Shown: positions 59,579 through 64,000 of the stretch, piece after piece
Layout: each line of letters opens with the position of its first letter
Position numbering within the stretch: the first letter of the stretch is position 1
Assembly (NCBI GenBank): GCA_950097015.1
Contig: CATNEN010000038.1
Location: 34,472,001 to 34,536,000, forward strand
Direction: 5' to 3'
Source: Macrostomum hystrix
Taxonomy: Eukaryota > Animalia > Platyhelminthes
Length of the DNA: 64,000 nt
Program-made: the position numbers and the translations under genes
Notes under the pieces: model-generated
The model's input: the letters and a program-made list of their open reading frames with translations, nothing else
Told to the model about the DNA's origin: nothing
The model's database searches: none

Positions 59579-59934
59579 TAATAATAATAGTTAGCGATTG
59601 CAAGAGAGTTCCATTTGGTGACACTGGACCCGCAGCCAGCGAGGAGGCAATTCTGCCCATTTAGCTGACTCCTGAGCACACACGCACACAGATACTGTAT
59701 GCAGGCACATGCTCACACAGGTGTGTACATCTGCCCTGACTTTCTCATTTTCAGGCAGTGTACATTTCACTGTGCCTTGGAGGTTGGCCCTCAAGGGCGT
59801 AAACTGCACGACAAGCCCCCCAAGCCTTCTCTCCGCGGCTGCGCCCCAAATAAATGTGGCCTCGCCGCGGAATCGAGCTCAGGGACCTTGGTGTGAGAGG
59901 CAGACACGTTAGCCGCTCTGCCACTCACTCCCCA
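59579..59934 (-). mobile_element. tRNA-derived SINE (family A), near-consensus full-length copy
   Basis: Head GGGGAGTGAGTGGCAGAGCGG; degenerate TSD ACTCTGAACTGTT / ACTGAGAACTGTT. Confidence 0.9.
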
Positions 59935-61002
59935 CTGAGAACTGTTCCTTTTTACATTTTAAAGTTTTCTGTCCAAGGCATGGCAATCAAAATACATTGA
60001 ATTGAACAATGAGATTACACAATTTAGGTATACTTTACGCCGAAAAAAATAGAGATTCAAATCTGTTTTCCTGTCCGTTTGGTTGCTGGGTCTGGGTGCA
60101 GTTAAAAGTACCCGCCAGGAAGCAATGATTGAGAACCCTCTAATGCTTGGGAAAGTTCACAAATACAAAATCTCAGAGAGCGAAATTTGGAGAGGCCTGT
60201 TAGTAATAGCTCCATTTTTATGAAACATTAATCCACTCTCATTAGATTCAGCCAAGACCCATGGGAGGGATTAGCTTTAGAATTCTCCTAAATTCCAAAT
60301 AGACATTCAACGAAGTCATTTGCTTCTTGTCAAAATTAAGCGATCGAAATCGTAAGAAATTATACGAACAGACTAAAGAAAAATTTCTTGCAGACTGGTA
60401 GAAAAGGCTAGCAATCAATAAGATAGCTTTTACGTTGCATTTCTCTTGCAATGAGATTTCCTATCTTGGCATCCACTTGTTCAAAGCAACCAATGTACTA
60501 GCAAACACAGATCATTAATGCTGTTTCCCATGCGATCAGGAGCTCAACCTCAGACCAACTCACGAGTGCCATCACCTTCCTAGTTTTCATGCTGACCGTA
60601 TTCTCTGCTCTTTTAGCCCTGCTCAAGTGCTCCTTCTGGTCCTCTGGTCACTCTCTCTCTCTCTTCAGCTTTCTGTCAGCGGAAGAGAGAGTTTGGCAGA
60701 TGCGAGTTGTTTTTGGGGGAACTTTTCCCGACAAGAATGAGGATCTCGCAAGGATGCTTTAAAAGTAGAAAGGCCATGATATTTTTCCCCAAAAGGAAAT
60801 TTCAGGGGGTTATTTCAAATTCCCGCTGCCTACTTCACAATAGCTCCCAAACCGAATGACCGATTTTCGCAAAACTCCACCATATGAATCAACATTTTCA
60901 GTTTAAACATCTATGGCAAATCCCTGTTGACAAGGACAACTAACATTGCTGTGTACGAGTTTAAACATCTATGGCAAATCCATGTTGACAGCTTTGAAAG
61001 CT

Positions 61003-61545
61003 TATCAGCTTTGACAACCCTATCAGCTGTGACAACCCTATCAGCTGTGAAAACCCTATCAGCTTTGAAAACCCTATCAGCTTTGACAACCCTATCAGCT
61101 GTGAAAACCCTATCAGCTGTGAAAACCCTATCAGCTGTGACAACCCTATCAGCTTTGACAACCCTATCAGCTGTGACAACCCTATCAGCTGTGACAACCC
61201 TATCAGCTGTGACAACCCTATCAGCTGTGACAACCCTATCAGCTGTGACAACCCTATAAGCTGTGACAACCCTATCAGCTGTGACAACCCTATCAGCTGT
61301 GACAACCCTATCAGCTGTGACAACCCTATCAGCTGTGACAACCCTATCAGCAGTGACAACCCTATCAGCTGTGACAACCCTATCAGCTGTGACAACCCTA
61401 TCAGCTGTGACAACCCTATCAGCTTTGACAACCCTATCAGCTGTGACAACCCTATCAGCTGTGACAACCCTATCAGCTGTGACAACCCTATCAGCTGTGA
61501 CAACCCTATCAGCTGTGACAACCCTATCAGCTTTGAAAATATCAG
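61003..61545. repeat. 18-bp minisatellite (CTATCAGCTGTGACAACC), array 1
   Basis: About 30 units. Confidence 0.96.
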
Positions 61546-62021
61546 CTCAGAGAGTGAGAGCAGCAAAATGAATAAACTAAAAGAGCAAGATCAGAAAAGA
61601 TCCTAATTTGACATGGCAGCCCATACCGAGGGTAGTCAAAATCTGGCAAGGAAGGGAAGGAAAGATTTGAGCAAGAAAATTATAGAAAGAGTGATGAGGG
61701 CAAGAGAATGGAAAAATGAATTTAGTTATAGTGCGCAACTATTGAGCGTAGAAATCTAGTGTGGCAAGTAAAAGGCAATTTTTTTCTAACAAATTAGTTT
61801 TCTCCAATCCTTTATGCAGATTTTATTTGCTCCAAGCCCACAAATCACTATATACCTGCATTTTAACGGAAGTTGCCTGAAGGCCTGATACAGTACAGAA
61901 CAGTGTGTATTTTTAGACCGAACCAACATTCTATAGCGGCGGGTTTAGGGAATGAAATACGATTACAGGCCTTTGCACAAATTTTTAGCACCAAACCTTG
62001 GAACTAGACCTGGTAGCCCAA

Positions 62022-62571
62022 CAGCTTTGAAAACCCTATCAGCTTTGACAACCCTATCAGCTTTGACAACCCTATCAGCTGTGACAACCCTATCAGCTGT
62101 GAAAACCCTATCAGCTGTGACAACCCTATCAGCTGTGACAACCCTATCAGCTTTGACAACCCTATCAGCTTTGACAACCCTATCAGCTTTGACAACCTTA
62201 TCAGCTGTGAAAACCCTATCAGCTGTGAAAACCCTATCAGCTGTGACAACCCTATCAGCTGTGAAAACCCTATCAGCTGTGACAACCCTATCAGCTGTGA
62301 AAACCCTATCAGCTGTGACAACCCTATCAGCTGTGAAAACCCTATCAGCTGTGACAACCCTATCAGCTGTGAAAACCCTATCAGCTGTGACAACCCTATC
62401 AGCTGTGACAACCCTATCAGCTTTGACAACCCTATCAGCTTTGACAACCCTATCAGCTTTGACAACCCTATCAGCTTTGACAACCTTATCAGCTGTGAAA
62501 ACCCTATCAGCTGTGAAAACCCTATCAGCTGTGACAACCCTATCAGCTGTGAAAACCCTATCAGCTTTGAC
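62022..62571. repeat. 18-bp minisatellite, array 2 (same unit)
   Basis: About 30 units, ~480 bp after array 1. Confidence 0.96.
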
Positions 62572-63085
62572 ATGTTTAAATGAACTAAATAAGCAGCAAA
62601 CGAGAAGAATCGGCCACACTCTGGGTATAACTCAATTCCTGAAAATAGACTTGAAGATGGCATGAGAGACAACACTAAAAAGGTCTTAGCGCAAAAACAA
62701 AATCTGACAAACCGCTCGATTCGCATCGATCCGCTCGAACCGCTCGGCTGCCAAAAAAAGCCAAATTGATTTTGCTACAGAATCTACGTTCGGACTGGTG
62801 CCCAGTTGTGGGAAAACTCATTGGCAGTTCCCATCTGGTTCACTGATATTTCCCTTTAGTCCGGACTTTTAGTTCCAATCATCTGCTATGCAAGTACGAG
62901 ATGTAGGCATCCTTCTTCCGTTGAAGTAGTTCCTAACGCTGACTATGAGGGCTGCGACTGCTCCGGAGACAGCAAATGATCAGCTCAATTCTGCTGACAA
63001 TATTTGAATATTTCATGACACGGAAATTTATTTCCCTTTTCCCTTAAATTTCACTAATATGCCCAAATATTTCCCTGACATACCA

Positions 63086-63655
<570 letters not shown>

Positions 63656-63893
63656 ATGGCTGATCTTCAAAACAACTTGCCATTCAGCTTTTCAACTATC
63701 AACCGAATTTTCTGACAACCAATCGTTACTCTAAAATTTCCCCTATATAAGGACAGCAATATAGAGAACGCAGAGATCGATTGCCTACCCCGGGTCCAAT
63801 ACTTTCTCCATTCCTCCATTTTCCGGTCGAGTTTCAAATAAAAAGTACAGTACGGAGTGTAGCTTAATTTTATTAATCGCGAATCACAATTCA

Positions 63894-64000
63894 GGATAGA
63901 GATTAGAAATGAAGGATAGAGATTAGAAGTAAAGGATAGAGATTAGAAGTAAAGGATAAAGATTAGAAGTAAAGGATAGAGATTAGAAGTAAAGGATAGA
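63894..64000. repeat. 20-bp minisatellite (GGATAGAGATTAGAAGTAAA), cut by window end
   Basis: About 5 units. Confidence 0.9.

Noticed and set aside
62860-62990. Possible otopetrin 5' exon or last exon of another minus-strand gene
   Set aside because: Short hydrophobic frame ends in a stop, with no otopetrin motif and no clear splice sites.

Overview
Eukaryotic (metazoan) genomic DNA, not prokaryotic: GT-AG spliced genes, short introns, and about 20 unrelated minisatellite arrays that explain most of the long low-complexity ORFs in the track. The minisatellite-filled introns and PAN-lectin genes suggest a free-living flatworm such as Macrostomum (inference only). Genes reconstructed by hand: three tandem compact histidine phosphatases, a TMEM47/VAB-9-like tetraspan, a FAM210/DUF1279 protein, a KLF2/4-like factor, a GADD45-family gene (only fragments appear in the ORF track), two convergent PAN + C-type lectin genes, and an otopetrin with a PAN + fibrinogen-domain gene nested antisense in a 6-kb intron. 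Mobile DNA: an intact Ty3/gypsy (Mag-like) element, an internally deleted one with identical LTRs, a Helitron derivative, a Tc1 remnant, a hAT MITE, about 9 copies of a tRNA-derived SINE, a second short SINE, and a 135-bp hairpin. Most interesting: the possibly horizontally acquired phosphatase cluster, gag start codons in or next to the tRNA primer-binding site, an RIDD reverse-transcriptase motif in a young intact element, three perfect heat-shock elements upstream of a lectin gene, a CArG + MEF2 module at the KLF gene, and a triple-nested transposon stack. No CRISPR, rRNA or true tRNA gene was found. All coordinates were read by eye.
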